64,000 nt of DNA from Pseudomonadota bacterium. GTDB taxonomy: Bacteria > Pseudomonadota > Gammaproteobacteria > Burkholderiales > Rhodocyclaceae. A program made the translations under genes and the position numbers. How positions within the stretch are numbered: the stretch's first letter is position 1; every line of letters starts with the position of its first letter. Below the pieces are notes generated by a model, which ran no database searches, was not told where the DNA came from, and was given only the letters and a program-made list of their open reading frames with translations. This document shows positions 29,327 through 40,881 of this stretch, piece by piece. Location: NCBI GenBank assembly GCA_008501585.1, contig QQUN01000013.1:13739-77738 (forward strand), in the 5' to 3' direction.

Positions 29327-31723
29327 TCAGAGGGCGCCGCCGCTGTGGCGACCTGGCGGCGGGCGGCGCAGGGCCGACAGGGCCGGCACACTGACATGAC
29401 CGGCCAGAAAGGCCGCCAGCGCGGGCGCGGCCATGGGCTCGGCGAGCGCAAAGCCCTGCACGGTATGGCAGCCTTCGGCATGCAGGGCGCTGAGTTGGGT
29501 GATGTCCTCGACGCCCTCGGCGCAGGTGTCCATGTGCAGGGCCTGGGCCAGGGCGATGATGGCGCGCACGATGGCGGCGGTTTCCGGGTGGTGGGTGACG
29601 GCCTGAACGAAGGCGCGATCGATCTTGATGCGGTCCAGCGGCAGGGTGCGCAGATAGGCCAGCGAGGAATAGCCGGTGCCGAAGTCGTCGAGGGCGATGC
29701 GGATGCCGGCGGCGCGCAGCGCGCGCAGATGGCCTTCGGTGTCGGTGGTGTCGCGCAGGAAGATGGATTCGGTCAGCTCCAGCTCCAGGCGTTCGGCCGC
29801 CAGGCCATGGGTGTCGAGCAGGCGCAGGATGGTGTCGCACAGCGCCGGATTGATGAACTGCGCCAGCGACAGGTTGACCGACAGCCGCACGCCGTCCGGC
29901 CAGCGGGCGGCGTCGCGGATGGCGGCATCGAGCACCCATTCGCCGATGCTTTCGATCTGGCCGGACTCCTCGGCAACGGTGATGCACTCCTGAGTGTCGA
30001 TCAGCCCGAGCCGTGGGTGGTGCCAGCGCAGCAGGGCTTCGCAGCCGGTGATCCGGCCGCTGGCCAGGTCGAAGATCGGCTGGTAGGCTAGCTGGAATTC
30101 ACCGCGGGCCAGTGCGCCGCGCAGCTCGTGCTCGAGGAACAGCCGTCGCCGGGCGCGGGTGTCCATCTCGTAGTCGAAGAAGCGGAAGCGGCCCTTGCCG
30201 TCGAACTTGGCGGCGTACAGGGCAATGTCGGCATTCTTCAGAAGCTGCTCGCCGCTGTGGCCGTCTTTCGGCGCCATGGCAATGCCGACGCTGGTGCCGA
30301 TGCGCACCCGGATGCCGTCAACCTCGCAGGGGTCTTCGAAGGAGCGGATGATGCGCGTGGCGAGTTCCTCGGCTTCTTCGGGCGAGACCTCGCCCCAGCG
30401 GATGACGGCGAATTCATCGCCGCCCAGACGGGCAACGACATCGTTGCGGCGGGTGCGGCCGAGCAGGCGCTGCGCGACGACACGCAGCAGTCCGTCGCCA
30501 AAGGCATGACCGAAGGAGTCGTTGATGGACTTGAAGTTGTCCAGATCGAGGCACAGCAGCAGCGCCGCGGGCGGCGTGTTGTCGGTGCTCGCGTCGATGC
30601 GCGAGAGGGCATCATGGAAATGGTTCCGGTTGGCCAGCCCGGTCAGCCCGTCAAAGTGGGCCATGCGCTGGATCTCCCGCTGGGCCGCGAGTGACTGCGT
30701 GACATCCGTGCCGACACCCCGCCAGCCCGAGAGCCGGCCAAAGCCGTCGGTGAGCGGCTTGGCGGTCATCGACCACCAGCGCGTTTCGCCGTCGAGTCCC
30801 ACCGGGACCAGGGCGTCGCGGAATGCCAGCCCGCTGTCAAAGCGTTCGCGTAATTCCAGATAGGCGCGGCGCTCGTCCTCGGGGACGCGATCGAGGGTGT
30901 GGGCGATCAGGCCGAGCAAGGGCTGCCCCATCAGCGACTGCGCCTTGCGCCCGAACACACTGGCCATGCGCGCGGAGACATGGGTCAGGCAGCCGTCGGC
31001 ATCGGTTTCCCACAACCAGTCGCTGGCGTTTTCTTCAAAGTCGTTCAGCAGCAGCCCGATCAGCTGGCGCTGGCGCTCGCCTTCGGCTTCGGCCATGAGG
31101 CGGGCGCCGAAGGTACGGGCGTTGGACAGTACGCTGCCCATGACGATCAGCGCATAGACGAGCAGCAGGCCGCTGAGCTGGGCGGCCATCGGAATGTCGA
31201 TCCGCTGCAGGCCGATGAAGGTCGAAAAGCCGAGAATGGCCACATAGGTAAGCGCGGCCTGGGGGATGGTGGCCAGTGCGAAGCCGCCGGCGCAGATCAT
31301 GCCGGTGATGATCGCGGTGAGCATGATGCGGGCCTCGGGCCCGCCGAGCGGCATCATGAACACCGGCACGATCGCCCACAGGATGGCCAGCAGGGCGGCA
31401 TGCTTGGTGGCGCGGGAGAGGGCAGCCGCCGAGGCCGTGGTCGGCGTGCGGAAGCGGCGCCAGCGCAGCCAGGCGTCGATGCCGACGCCGGCGGCATACA
31501 GGACGCACAGGCCCCAGGCGACGAGCACGAGGGGATTGAGTTCGTTGCGGAAGCTCAGGGCGACGATGCTCGCGTTGAGCACATTGGCCAGCATGGTGAG
31601 GGGCGTGAGCCGCAGGACGGCCTGGATCTGCCGCGCGCGGAAGCGCGCAGCCAGCGGCGCGTCCGCCTGGTAGGGGGCCAGCGCGGCCCGGATCGGTGCG
31701 AGCAGGTGTCCCAGTCGGCTCAT
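29327..31723 (-). CDS. Membrane-anchored PAS-GGDEF-EAL protein
   Basis: About six N-terminal TM helices, a PAS segment, intact ARLGGDEFAVI, and intact EAL ([31 protein letters not shown]). Confidence 0.9.
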   Translation of the reverse strand: MSRLGHLLAPIRAALAPYQADAPLAARFRARQIQAVLRLTPLTMLANVLNASIVALSFRNELNPLVLVAWGLCVLYAAGVGIDAWLRWRRFRTPTTASAAALSRATKHAALLAILWAIVPVFMMPLGGPEARIMLTAIITGMICAGGFALATIPQAALTYVAILGFSTFIGLQRIDIPMAAQLSGLLLVYALIVMGSVLSNARTFGARLMAEAEGERQRQLIGLLLNDFEENASDWLWETDADGCLTHVSARMASVFGRKAQSLMGQPLLGLIAHTLDRVPEDERRAYLELRERFDSGLAFRDALVPVGLDGETRWWSMTAKPLTDGFGRLSGWRGVGTDVTQSLAAQREIQRMAHFDGLTGLANRNHFHDALSRIDASTDNTPPAALLLCLDLDNFKSINDSFGHAFGDGLLRVVAQRLLGRTRRNDVVARLGGDEFAVIRWGEVSPEEAEELATRIIRSFEDPCEVDGIRVRIGTSVGIAMAPKDGHSGEQLLKNADIALYAAKFDGKGRFRFFDYEMDTRARRRLFLEHELRGALARGEFQLAYQPIFDLASGRITGCEALLRWHHPRLGLIDTQECITVAEESGQIESIGEWVLDAAIRDAARWPDGVRLSVNLSLAQFINPALCDTILRLLDTHGLAAERLELELTESIFLRDTTDTEGHLRALRAAGIRIALDDFGTGYSSLAYLRTLPLDRIKIDRAFVQAVTHHPETAAIVRAIIALAQALHMDTCAEGVEDITQLSALHAEGCHTVQGFALAEPMAAPALAAFLAGHVSVPALSALRRPPPGRHSGGAL

Positions 31724-31877
31724 GACACGAGGGCGTCCCTTGAAGTCGGGCCTGGCCCGGAAAAGGGGCGCGGAGCGATGTCCGCACAGCGCCGGGCGTG
31801 GCTTGTGGGGCCGAGCTTACGCGATTGGAATCGGTCTGGGGGCGGGCAGGGGATGATCGGTCGGCGACGACGATCAG

Positions 31878-31954
<77 letters not shown>

Positions 31955-31957
31955 GGG

Positions 31958-31981
31958 GCACGGACCCGGGCGGGTCCGTGC
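31958..31981 (-). other. Perfect 10-bp stem / 4-nt loop hairpin between the rpoD stop and the tRNA 5' end (processing site or weak terminator)
   Basis: GCACGGACCC-GGGC-GGGTCCGTGC read directly. No U-tract follows on the minus strand. Confidence 0.5.
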
Positions 31982-31994
31982 AGGGTGAGGCGGA

Positions 31995-33998
<2,004 letters not shown>

Positions 33999-34045
33999 GA
34001 TGCTCCTCGGAAACTTCGGAGAAGTCGGAAAAACAGAAAATTATA

Positions 34046-35863
34046 TTACGAATCTGAGACTTTGGGTTGCCGCGTTGGGTTCCGTCGTTTTTGCTGCAGC
34101 AGTTGCGCGTAGCGCTTTTTTTCGTCCGGGGTCAGCTCGCCGGCGCGCGCGGCGAGCCGGCTGAACTCGTCATCCAGCGCCTTGGCATGCAGCGCATGAA
34201 CGGTGTCGTGAAAGACGGTTTCGATGACGCTTTCGTCGATCACGTTGGTTTGCTCGGCGCACAGGCGGTTCAGGGTGGCCGCATGCGGGCTGTTGCGGAA
34301 ATGTTCGAGCAGGGTGCCCAGCGCGCTCTGGCTGCCCAGGTCGCCGACGCTGACTGCGTCGATGATCGCGATCAGTGCGCGGCCTTCGTCGCTGCTGGCG
34401 GGGATCAGGTCGACCGGCAGGCGCGCCGCCCAGGCCGGATGGTCGAGGATGATGCGCAGCAGGCTCGCCTCGAGCGGGCGTGGCTGGTGGCGCGGGCCGC
34501 GTGCGGCCGGCGGGTCGGTATCCTCCCGCCGGCCCTTGCCCTTGCGCCACGGCTCGCCGTCCCGGCGGGGTGCCGGTGGTGCGGGCGGGGCTTTCAGCCC
34601 CCAGGCTTCCATCAACTCGCGTTCGTCGAGCGCACAGCGCTTGGCGACTGCCTTGAGGACTTGCAGTTTGAGGACGCCGGCGCCGATGCGCAACACCAGT
34701 GGCTTGGCCTCGTGCGCGTAGCGGGCGCGGCCCTCTGCGCTGCTCAGATCGGCCTCGCGGGCCAGCTCGGCAAGCAGGAATTCGGTCAGCGGGGTGGCGT
34801 TGGCGACGTGTTCGGTAAAGGCGTCGGCGCCGTGCTCGCGCACGTAGGTGTCGGGGTCGTGCGAGTCGGGCAGGAACAGGAAAGCGACCTGCTTGACGTC
34901 GTTGAGTGTCTCCAGCGCGGCTTCCAGGCCGCGCCAGGCGGCCTTGCGGCCGGCTGCGTCGCCGTCGAAGCAGAACACCACCCGGTCGGCGTGGCGAAAC
35001 AGCTTCTGGATGTGGGTGGCGGTGGTGGCGGTGCCCAGCGTGGCGACGGCGTTGGGCACGCCGTGCTGGGCCAGGGCGACGACGTCCATGTAGCCCTCGA
35101 CCACGATTACCGTGTTGCTGGCGCGGATTGACTGGCGGGCCTGGAACAGGCCGTACAGTTCCCGCCCCTTTTCGAACAGCGGGGTCTCGGGGGAGTTGAG
35201 GTACTTCGGCTCGCCCTGGTCGAGGATGCGCCCGCCAAAGGCAATGACGTTGCCGCGGCTGTCCTGGATCGGGAACATGATCCGCTCGCGGAAGCGGTCG
35301 TAGCGCCGGCCCTGTTCGTTCTCGATCACCAGGCCGGCTTCGAGCAGCGACTTGTCGGCGTAGTTGGCCACCGCCTTCTGCAGCGATTGCCAGCCCTCCG
35401 GCGCGTAGCCAATGCCGAAGCGCGCGGCGATCTGGCCGGTCAGGCCGCGGCGCTTGAGGTAGGCGATGGCGGGTTCGGCGTGCTTGAGTTGCTCGCGGTA
35501 GAAGCGCGCGGCGATGCCCATCAGGTCGGTCAGCGACTGGGCTTTTTCGGTGTCGCCGCGCCGCGCATTGCGCTCTTCGGGCACTTCGACGCCAATCTGG
35601 CGCGCCAGTTCATGGATGGCCTCGACATAGCTGAGGCCGCTGTATTCCATGAGAAAGCCGATGGCGCTGCCGTGCGCACCGCAGCCAAAGCAGTGGTAGA
35701 ACTGCTTGCTCGGGCTGACCGAGAACGAGGCGCTTTTTTCGCCGTGAAACGGGCAGCAGGCGAAGTAGTTGGCGCCTTGTTTCTTCAGCGAGACATGGCG
35801 ATCGATCACGTCGACGATGTCGACGCGCGTCAGCAGGTCCTGGATGAAGCTCTGGGGGATCAA
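34046..35863 (-). CDS. dnaG: DNA primase
   Basis: Zinc ribbon CCPFHGEKSASFSVSPSKQFYHCFGCGAHG, TOPRIM EGYMDVV. I place the start at the TTG at 35863 ((M)IPQSFIQDLL...). Upstream of that, the track ORF (to 36004) overlaps yqeY and is Pro/Arg-rich. Confidence 0.93.
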   Translation of the reverse strand: MIPQSFIQDLLTRVDIVDVIDRHVSLKKQGANYFACCPFHGEKSASFSVSPSKQFYHCFGCGAHGSAIGFLMEYSGLSYVEAIHELARQIGVEVPEERNARRGDTEKAQSLTDLMGIAARFYREQLKHAEPAIAYLKRRGLTGQIAARFGIGYAPEGWQSLQKAVANYADKSLLEAGLVIENEQGRRYDRFRERIMFPIQDSRGNVIAFGGRILDQGEPKYLNSPETPLFEKGRELYGLFQARQSIRASNTVIVVEGYMDVVALAQHGVPNAVATLGTATTATHIQKLFRHADRVVFCFDGDAAGRKAAWRGLEAALETLNDVKQVAFLFLPDSHDPDTYVREHGADAFTEHVANATPLTEFLLAELAREADLSSAEGRARYAHEAKPLVLRIGAGVLKLQVLKAVAKRCALDERELMEAWGLKAPPAPPAPRRDGEPWRKGKGRREDTDPPAARGPRHQPRPLEASLLRIILDHPAWAARLPVDLIPASSDEGRALIAIIDAVSVGDLGSQSALGTLLEHFRNSPHAATLNRLCAEQTNVIDESVIETVFHDTVHALHAKALDDEFSRLAARAGELTPDEKKRYAQLLQQKRRNPTRQPKVSDS

Positions 35864-35876
35864 GGCGCGGGCAGGG

Positions 35877-36323
35877 TCAGGCGGCGAGCGCGGCTTTGAC
35901 GCGGGCAGACACCTGCGCCATGTCGGCGCGCCCGGCCAGGGCCGGCTTGAGCTGGGCCATGACCTTGCCCATGTCGGCCGGCGAGGTGGCGCCGACGCCG
36001 GCAATGGCCTCGGCCACGGCAGCGTCGATTTCGGCGTCGCTCAGGCCGGCGGGCAGGTAGGCCTCGAGCACGGAGATTTCGAAGCGTTCGGCCGCTTCAA
36101 GATCGCTGCGCCCGGCGGTGGCGTACTGGCTGGCCGAGTCGCGGCGCTGCTTGAGTTGCTTGTCAATGACCGCGAGCACGGCGGTATCGTCCAGCGTCGT
36201 CTGGGCGTCGACTTCCTTTTGCTGGATGGCGGCGAGCAGCAGGCGGATGGCCGACAGGCGCGCGGTATCGCGTGCGCGCATGGCCGTCTTCATGTCGTCC
36301 TGGAGGCGAGCTTTGAGCGACAT
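35877..36323 (-). CDS. yqeY: GatB/YqeY domain protein
   Basis: 148 aa, MSLKARLQDDMKTAMRARDTARLSAIRLLLAAIQQKEVD...; start at the ATG at 36323 inside ORF 35877..36698. Confidence 0.85.
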   Translation of the reverse strand: MSLKARLQDDMKTAMRARDTARLSAIRLLLAAIQQKEVDAQTTLDDTAVLAVIDKQLKQRRDSASQYATAGRSDLEAAERFEISVLEAYLPAGLSDAEIDAAVAEAIAGVGATSPADMGKVMAQLKPALAGRADMAQVSARVKAALAA

Positions 36324-36347
36324 CGGAATCTCCCGAGGCTGAAACGC

Positions 36348-36391
36348 AAAAAACCACGCATGACGAAGCAGGCTTGCTTCGCCAGGCGTGG
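36348..36391 (-). terminator. Rho-independent terminator/attenuator after rpsU
   Basis: Minus strand: CCACGC..CGAAGCA-agcc-TGCTTCG..GCGTGG followed by TTTTTT. Same position as the internal T1 terminator of the E. coli rpsU-dnaG-rpoD operon. Confidence 0.6.
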
Positions 36392-36411
36392 CGGTGCCGT
36401 GCCGAGACGGA

Positions 36412-36624
36412 TCAGTACATCTTCGGCGGCAGGGTCTGGCTACGCAGACGCTTGTGGTTGCGCTTGACGGCGGCAGCCAGCTTGCGCTTGCGCTCGGCCG
36501 TGGGCTTCTCGTAGAACTCGCGCGAACGCAGCTCGGTGAGCGTCCCGGCTTTTTCAATGGTGCGCTTGAAGCGGCGAATGGCAACTTCAAACGGCTCGTT
36601 TTCTTTGACGCGGATCCCCGGCAT
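36412..36624 (-). CDS. rpsU: 30S ribosomal protein S21
   Basis: 70 aa, [60 protein letters not shown]...; start at the ATG at 36624. Confidence 0.97.
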   Translation of the reverse strand: MPGIRVKENEPFEVAIRRFKRTIEKAGTLTELRSREFYEKPTAERKRKLAAAVKRNHKRLRSQTLPPKMY

Positions 36625-36663
36625 TGCGTGATTCCTTGGATGGCAAAAGTACAGAAACCGCGC

Positions 36664-36692
36664 AGTATATCGACTTGAACCGGCCATGCCAA
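36664..36692 (-). promoter_or_regulatory. Candidate sigma-70 promoter of rpsU operon
   Basis: Minus strand TTGGCA-N17-TATACT, about 40 nt upstream of the rpsU ATG. Pattern match only. Confidence 0.45.
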
Positions 36693-36744
36693 GTCCACCC
36701 GAGAGGGATTGGGCTAAAATGTGCGGCATGAACAAGGGGACGGC

Positions 36745-37758
36745 ATGATTGTACTGGGTCTGGAAAGCTCGTGTGACGAGACGGGCGTTGCGCTCTACGA
36801 CACCGAGCGGGGCTTGATCGCCCAGCAACTGCATTCGCAGATCGACCTCCATGCCGCCTACGGCGGGGTGGTGCCCGAGCTCGCCTCGCGTGACCATGTG
36901 CGACGCATGCCGGCACTGATTCGCCAGACCCTGGCCGAGGCCGGGCTGGGCGTGTCAGCGCTCGACGCCGTTGCCTACACCGCCGGGCCGGGGCTGGCCG
37001 GGGCGCTGCTCATTGCCGCCGGCACCGGCGAGGCGCTGGCGGCAACGCTGGGCATTCCCGCGCTGCCCATCCACCACCTCGAGGGGCATCTGCTGTCGCC
37101 GCTGCTGGCGGCCGACGCGCCGGACTTCCCGTTCGTGGCCCTGCTGGTGTCGGGGGGACATACCCAGTTGATGCGGGTCGACGGCGTCGGTCGCTACACG
37201 CTGCTCGGTGAGTCGGTCGATGATGCCGCCGGCGAAGCCTTCGACAAGACGGCCAAGCTGATGGGGCTGGCCTATCCCGGCGGCCCGGTGCTGGCGCGCC
37301 TGGCCGATCAGGGCATGCCGGGCCGGGTGAAACTGCCCCGGCCGATGCTGCATTCGGGCGACCTGAATTTCAGCTTCAGCGGCTTGAAGACGGCCGTCAT
37401 GACCCAACTGCGCGATGGCGCGGTGGCGCCGGCCGACATGGCGGCCGAGTTCCAGGCGGCGGTGGTCGAGGTGCTGGTGGCCAAGTCGCTCGCCGCACTC
37501 AAGCAGACCGGGTTGTCACGGCTGGTGGTGGCCGGTGGCGTGGGGGCTAACCAGGCGCTGCGTGCCGGCTTGAACGCGGCCACCGCGCGCCGGGGGCTGC
37601 GCGTGTATTACCCCGAGCCGGCGCTATGCACTGACAACGGCGCAATGATCGCGTTTGCCGGCGCCTTGCGCCTGGCCGAGGGGCAGCGGGGCGTCGAGAC
37701 GCACGCGGTCGCTGTTCGCCCCCGCTGGCCGCTGGACAGCCTCGGCGCGCCGGAATAA
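36745..37758 (+). CDS. tsaD: tRNA N6-adenosine threonylcarbamoyltransferase
   Basis: [19 protein letters not shown]...HLEGHLLSP...[10 protein letters not shown]...; divergent from rpsU as in E. coli. ATG at 36745 preceded by AAGGGGA. Confidence 0.95.
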   Translation: MIVLGLESSCDETGVALYDTERGLIAQQLHSQIDLHAAYGGVVPELASRDHVRRMPALIRQTLAEAGLGVSALDAVAYTAGPGLAGALLIAAGTGEALAATLGIPALPIHHLEGHLLSPLLAADAPDFPFVALLVSGGHTQLMRVDGVGRYTLLGESVDDAAGEAFDKTAKLMGLAYPGGPVLARLADQGMPGRVKLPRPMLHSGDLNFSFSGLKTAVMTQLRDGAVAPADMAAEFQAAVVEVLVAKSLAALKQTGLSRLVVAGGVGANQALRAGLNAATARRGLRVYYPEPALCTDNGAMIAFAGALRLAEGQRGVETHAVAVRPRWPLDSLGAPE

Positions 37759-37759
37759 T

Positions 37760-38368
37760 TCAGGCGTCGCGCTTTTTCTGGCCAATGCGGGATTCCGTGC
37801 CGGCCAGCAGGCGCTTGATGTTGTCGGCGTGACGCCACAGCAGCATGGCCGCCATGGCCAGGCAGGCGGCGGTGATCTCGCTCTGGCCGACCAGCACATG
37901 GGCAAACGCCGGTGCGGCAATCGCAGCGACCAGGGCCGCCAGCGACGAATAGCGGGTGGTGACGGCGATGAGCAGCCAGGTCACGGCAGCAGCCAGCGCC
38001 AGGTAGCCGCTGAAGGCGCCGAGCACGCCGACCGCCGTGGCCACGCCCTTGCCACCCTTGAAACCGAGAAAGACCGGAAAGACATGGCCGATGAAGGCTG
38101 CGATGCCGGCCAGCGCGACGGCGAGCGGGGCGTCGCTGCCGAACTGGCGCATGACCCACACCGCCACCAGGCCCTTGGCCGCGTCGCCCACCAGGGTCAG
38201 GGCGGCGGCGGTCTTGTTGCCCGAGCGCAGGACATTGGTGGCGCCCGGGTTGCCGGAGCCATAGTGCCGGGGGTCGCTGAGGCCGAAGGCCTTGCTGACC
38301 ACCACGGCGAAGGGGACCGAGCCGATCAGGTAGGCGGCGAGGATCAGGGCGGTGGTGGTGAGCGTCAT
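37760..38368 (-). CDS. plsY: Glycerol-3-phosphate acyltransferase PlsY
   Basis: [19 protein letters not shown]...[16 protein letters not shown]...GGKGVAT. The start is either the ATG at 38368 or the ATG at 38377. Confidence 0.9.
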   Translation of the reverse strand: MTLTTTALILAAYLIGSVPFAVVVSKAFGLSDPRHYGSGNPGATNVLRSGNKTAAALTLVGDAAKGLVAVWVMRQFGSDAPLAVALAGIAAFIGHVFPVFLGFKGGKGVATAVGVLGAFSGYLALAAAVTWLLIAVTTRYSSLAALVAAIAAPAFAHVLVGQSEITAACLAMAAMLLWRHADNIKRLLAGTESRIGQKKRDA

Positions 38369-38424
38369 GTCGGGCATCGGAGCAGTTCGGGCTAGAATGG
38401 CCACAATTCTAGACGAGAGCCGAA

Positions 38425-38796
38425 ATGGATTTCATCTTCATTGAGGAGTTGCGCGTGGAGGCGCGCGTGGGGATCTATCCGCGTGAGCGGGTGGCCTCGC
38501 AAACGGTGGAGCTCAACCTGACCTTTGGCGTGCCTGATGCGGCCGCCGAGCGCGACGATATCGCCGACACCATCGATTATGCCCAGGTGATTGCGCGAAT
38601 CCGTGAGGAGCTCGCTGCCCGGCATTTCAATTTGATCGAGACGCTGGGCGAGTATGTCGTGGCGTTGCTGTTCAATGAATTCAACGCCCCCTGGGTGAAG
38701 CTTCGAATTGCCAAGATCGGTGTCATGAAGGGGGTGCGGCGCGTCGGGGTATTCATTCAGCGTGGCCGTGACGGCCGGGTGCTTGAAACGGATTGA
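38425..38796 (+). CDS. folB: Dihydroneopterin aldolase
   Basis: 123 aa, [22 protein letters not shown]...IDYAQV...IETLGEYV, typical FolB. Confidence 0.85.
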   Translation: MDFIFIEELRVEARVGIYPRERVASQTVELNLTFGVPDAAAERDDIADTIDYAQVIARIREELAARHFNLIETLGEYVVALLFNEFNAPWVKLRIAKIGVMKGVRRVGVFIQRGRDGRVLETD

Positions 38797-38816
38797 CGCC
38801 GGATCCGCCGGAAACG

Positions 38817-38846
38817 AAAAGCCGCCTGGTCGAGGCGGCTTTTTTT
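38817..38846. terminator. Bidirectional rho-independent terminator between folB and the H-NS-like gene
   Basis: AAAA-GCCGCC-tggtcga-GGCGGC-TTTTTTT, lying between convergent stops (38796 and 38854). Confidence 0.7.
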
Positions 38847-38853
38847 GTTCGGC

Positions 38854-39222
38854 TTACTTGATCAGCAATTCGTCGAGCGATTTTCCTTCGCCCAGCCAGG
38901 CCTCGACCCAGCGCGGCTTGCGCCCGCGCCCCGTCCAGCCGGACTTGGGGTCGTCCGGGTGGCGGTATTTCATCGGCACCCGCTTGCCTTTGGTTGGCGA
39001 GGCGGCTTTCTTGCGGCTTTTCGGTGCGGCTTTCGGGGCGCTCTTGGCCGGGCCGTCGGCGAGCACGTCGTCAATGCTCACGCCGTGTTCTGCGGCGATT
39101 TTCTTGAACTGCTTGAGGACGTCGCGGCGCGCGGTTTCGTCACGGCGCCGGATCTCGGTTTCGAGCCGGCCCTGCAGGCGGCGCAATTCCGGGACCGACA
39201 TCTCACTCAGATTGATATCCAT
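38854..39222 (-). CDS. H-NS family nucleoid-associated protein
   Basis: 122 aa, MDINLSEMSVPELRRLQGRLETEIRRR..., C-terminal KYRHPDDPKSGWTGRGRKPRWV (H-NS DNA-binding loop TGRGR). Start at the ATG at 39222 in ORF 38854..39435. Confidence 0.8.
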   Translation of the reverse strand: MDINLSEMSVPELRRLQGRLETEIRRRDETARRDVLKQFKKIAAEHGVSIDDVLADGPAKSAPKAAPKSRKKAASPTKGKRVPMKYRHPDDPKSGWTGRGRKPRWVEAWLGEGKSLDELLIK

Positions 39223-39323
39223 TCGAATTCCTCTGTGTTTATTCTGGCGTGCTCGGGTGTGGGGCGTGCTCAAGATAACCGTGGAATCATTGACCACGAG
39301 GTGATTCTGCCATTGCTGATTTA

Positions 39324-39361
39324 ATAAAATCAACGCCTGCTGCGAGATTGGCGTTGTTTTT
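39324..39361 (-). terminator. Candidate terminator downstream of ybaK
   Basis: CAACGCC-12 nt-GGCGTTG, flanked by T/A runs on both strands. An 11-bp GC hairpin (39391-39420, CCTGGCGCGCC..GGCGCGCCAGG) lies just upstream of it. Confidence 0.5.
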
Positions 39362-39443
39362 GCGGGATTGGCGGGATATTTGCCACACTGCCTGGCGCGC
39401 CGCCGTCGTGGCGCGCCAGGGCTGGCTTTCCGCAATGTGGTGG

Positions 39444-39932
39444 TCAGGCGCTGGGCTTGGCCGCGGATACCGGTGTTGGCGACAGCGTACGCACGAGATC
39501 ATGCGGGTGCAGGGCGACGAGAAACCCCCGTTTTCCGCCATTGATATAAATCAGCGGTAAATCGAGAATGCTGCGCTCGATAAATACGGGCAGCGCCTTG
39601 CGCGTGCCGAAGGGCGAGGTGCCGCCGACCTGGTAGCCCGTGTGTTTTTGTGCGACATCGGGTTTGCAGGGATGGATCTGGCGGTTGCCCGTGGCCACGG
39701 CCAGTTGTTTTGTCGCCACATCGCGGTCGCCATGCATTAATACGAGCAAGGGCTTGCCCGCTTCGTTTTCCATCACCAGCGTCTTGATGACCGCGTGCTC
39801 CGGCAGGTTCAGATAGCGTGCGGCAAAGGGCGCTCCGCCATGATCCTCGTAGGGGTAGAGGTAAGGCGCGAAGGCGATATGCTGGCTTTTGAGCATGCGC
39901 GTGGCGGGGGTGTCGGGAGTGGTCTGCGTCAT
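39444..39932 (-). CDS. ybaK: YbaK/aminoacyl-tRNA trans-editing domain protein (Cys-tRNA(Pro) deacylase-like)
   Basis: 162 aa ...HAVIKTLVMENEAGKPLLVLMHGDRDV...GYQVGGTSPFG...INGGKRG. Start at the ATG at 39932. Confidence 0.8.
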   Translation of the reverse strand: MTQTTPDTPATRMLKSQHIAFAPYLYPYEDHGGAPFAARYLNLPEHAVIKTLVMENEAGKPLLVLMHGDRDVATKQLAVATGNRQIHPCKPDVAQKHTGYQVGGTSPFGTRKALPVFIERSILDLPLIYINGGKRGFLVALHPHDLVRTLSPTPVSAAKPSA

Positions 39933-39945
39933 GGCGTGCAATAAA

Positions 39946-40881
39946 TCAGGCCCGTGGGTGGTGAATGGCGTGAAGCTGTTTGAGTCGTGCGCGGGCGATA
40001 TGGGTATATATCTGGGTCGTCGAAATATCCGCGTGTCCAAGGAGTAATTGAACCACACGCAGGTCGGCGCCGTGATTGAGTAAATGCGTTGCGAACGCAT
40101 GGCGCAAGGTGTGCGGCGAAATCCGGTGGGCGGCAATACCGGCCTGGGTGGCATAGCGCTTGATGAGCCGCCAGAACATCTGACGGCTCATGGCGCGTCC
40201 CTGCACGGTGACAAACAGCGCATCGCAGTGCCGGCCGGCGAGAATCTCGCCGTGGGCATGGGACAGGTAGCGGGCCAGCCAGTCGCACGCGGTGGCGCCG
40301 ATGGGGACCAGGCGCTCCTTGCTGCCTTTGCCCAGGACGCGCAGGGCGCCGTCGTTGAGGCTGAGCTCGAAGCGGCGCAGGCCGAGCAGTTCGGAGACGC
40401 GCAGGCCGGTGGCGTAGAGCAGTTCGATCATGGCCTTGTCGCGCAGGCCCAGGGCCGTGTCGATGTCGGGGGTGTCGAGCAGCGCGTCGACCTCGGCCTC
40501 GGACAGGCTCTTGGGAAAGCGGGGGGCCACCATGGGGGCGTCGAGCCGCAGGCTTGGGTCGCTGTGGATGCGGCCGGCCTGCATCAGGGACTGGAAGTAG
40601 CGGCGCCAGGTCGACAGGAGCCTGCGCTGGCTGGTGGGTTTGGCGCGCTGGCTGAACTCGGCCAGGTAGGCGTGCAGGTGGGGGGCCTGGGCGTCGGCAG
40701 GGGCGATTGCGTGCGTCGCCTGCAGCCAGCGTGCAAAGAGGGTGAGGTCGCGGCGGTAGGCGGCCAGGGTGTTGCGGGAGAGCCCGTCGGACAACCACAA
40801 GGTGTCGCAGAAGGCGTCGAGGTCGGCCTGTATGGCCGCGGGCAGCGGGTTCAACGCCACTGTTCGTGCTGAATCAGCCAT
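39946..40881 (-). CDS. xerD: Site-specific tyrosine recombinase XerD
   Basis: 311 aa. ATGLRVSEL, HTLRHAFATHLL, LLGHADISTTQIYTHIARARLKQLHAIHHPRA (XerD-type C-terminus). Start at the ATG at 40881 in ORF 39946..41361. Confidence 0.9.
   Translation of the reverse strand: MADSARTVALNPLPAAIQADLDAFCDTLWLSDGLSRNTLAAYRRDLTLFARWLQATHAIAPADAQAPHLHAYLAEFSQRAKPTSQRRLLSTWRRYFQSLMQAGRIHSDPSLRLDAPMVAPRFPKSLSEAEVDALLDTPDIDTALGLRDKAMIELLYATGLRVSELLGLRRFELSLNDGALRVLGKGSKERLVPIGATACDWLARYLSHAHGEILAGRHCDALFVTVQGRAMSRQMFWRLIKRYATQAGIAAHRISPHTLRHAFATHLLNHGADLRVVQLLLGHADISTTQIYTHIARARLKQLHAIHHPRA

Noticed and set aside
31724-31877. Possible genomic island integrated at the tRNA (signalling operon 24753-31723 lies immediately downstream of the tRNA 3' end)
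   Set aside because: No integrase, transposase or phage gene is present. I saw no direct repeat of the tRNA 3' end, and by eye the composition matches the flanking core genes. The far side (gloA, ygjP, hrpA) is ordinary core genome.
39946-40881. Tyrosine recombinase as a marker of a mobile element
   Set aside because: The C-terminus ...LLGHADISTTQIYTHIARARLKQLHAIHHPRA is the housekeeping XerD signature. The gene is flanked by ogt and ybaK, with no att-like repeats or cargo genes.
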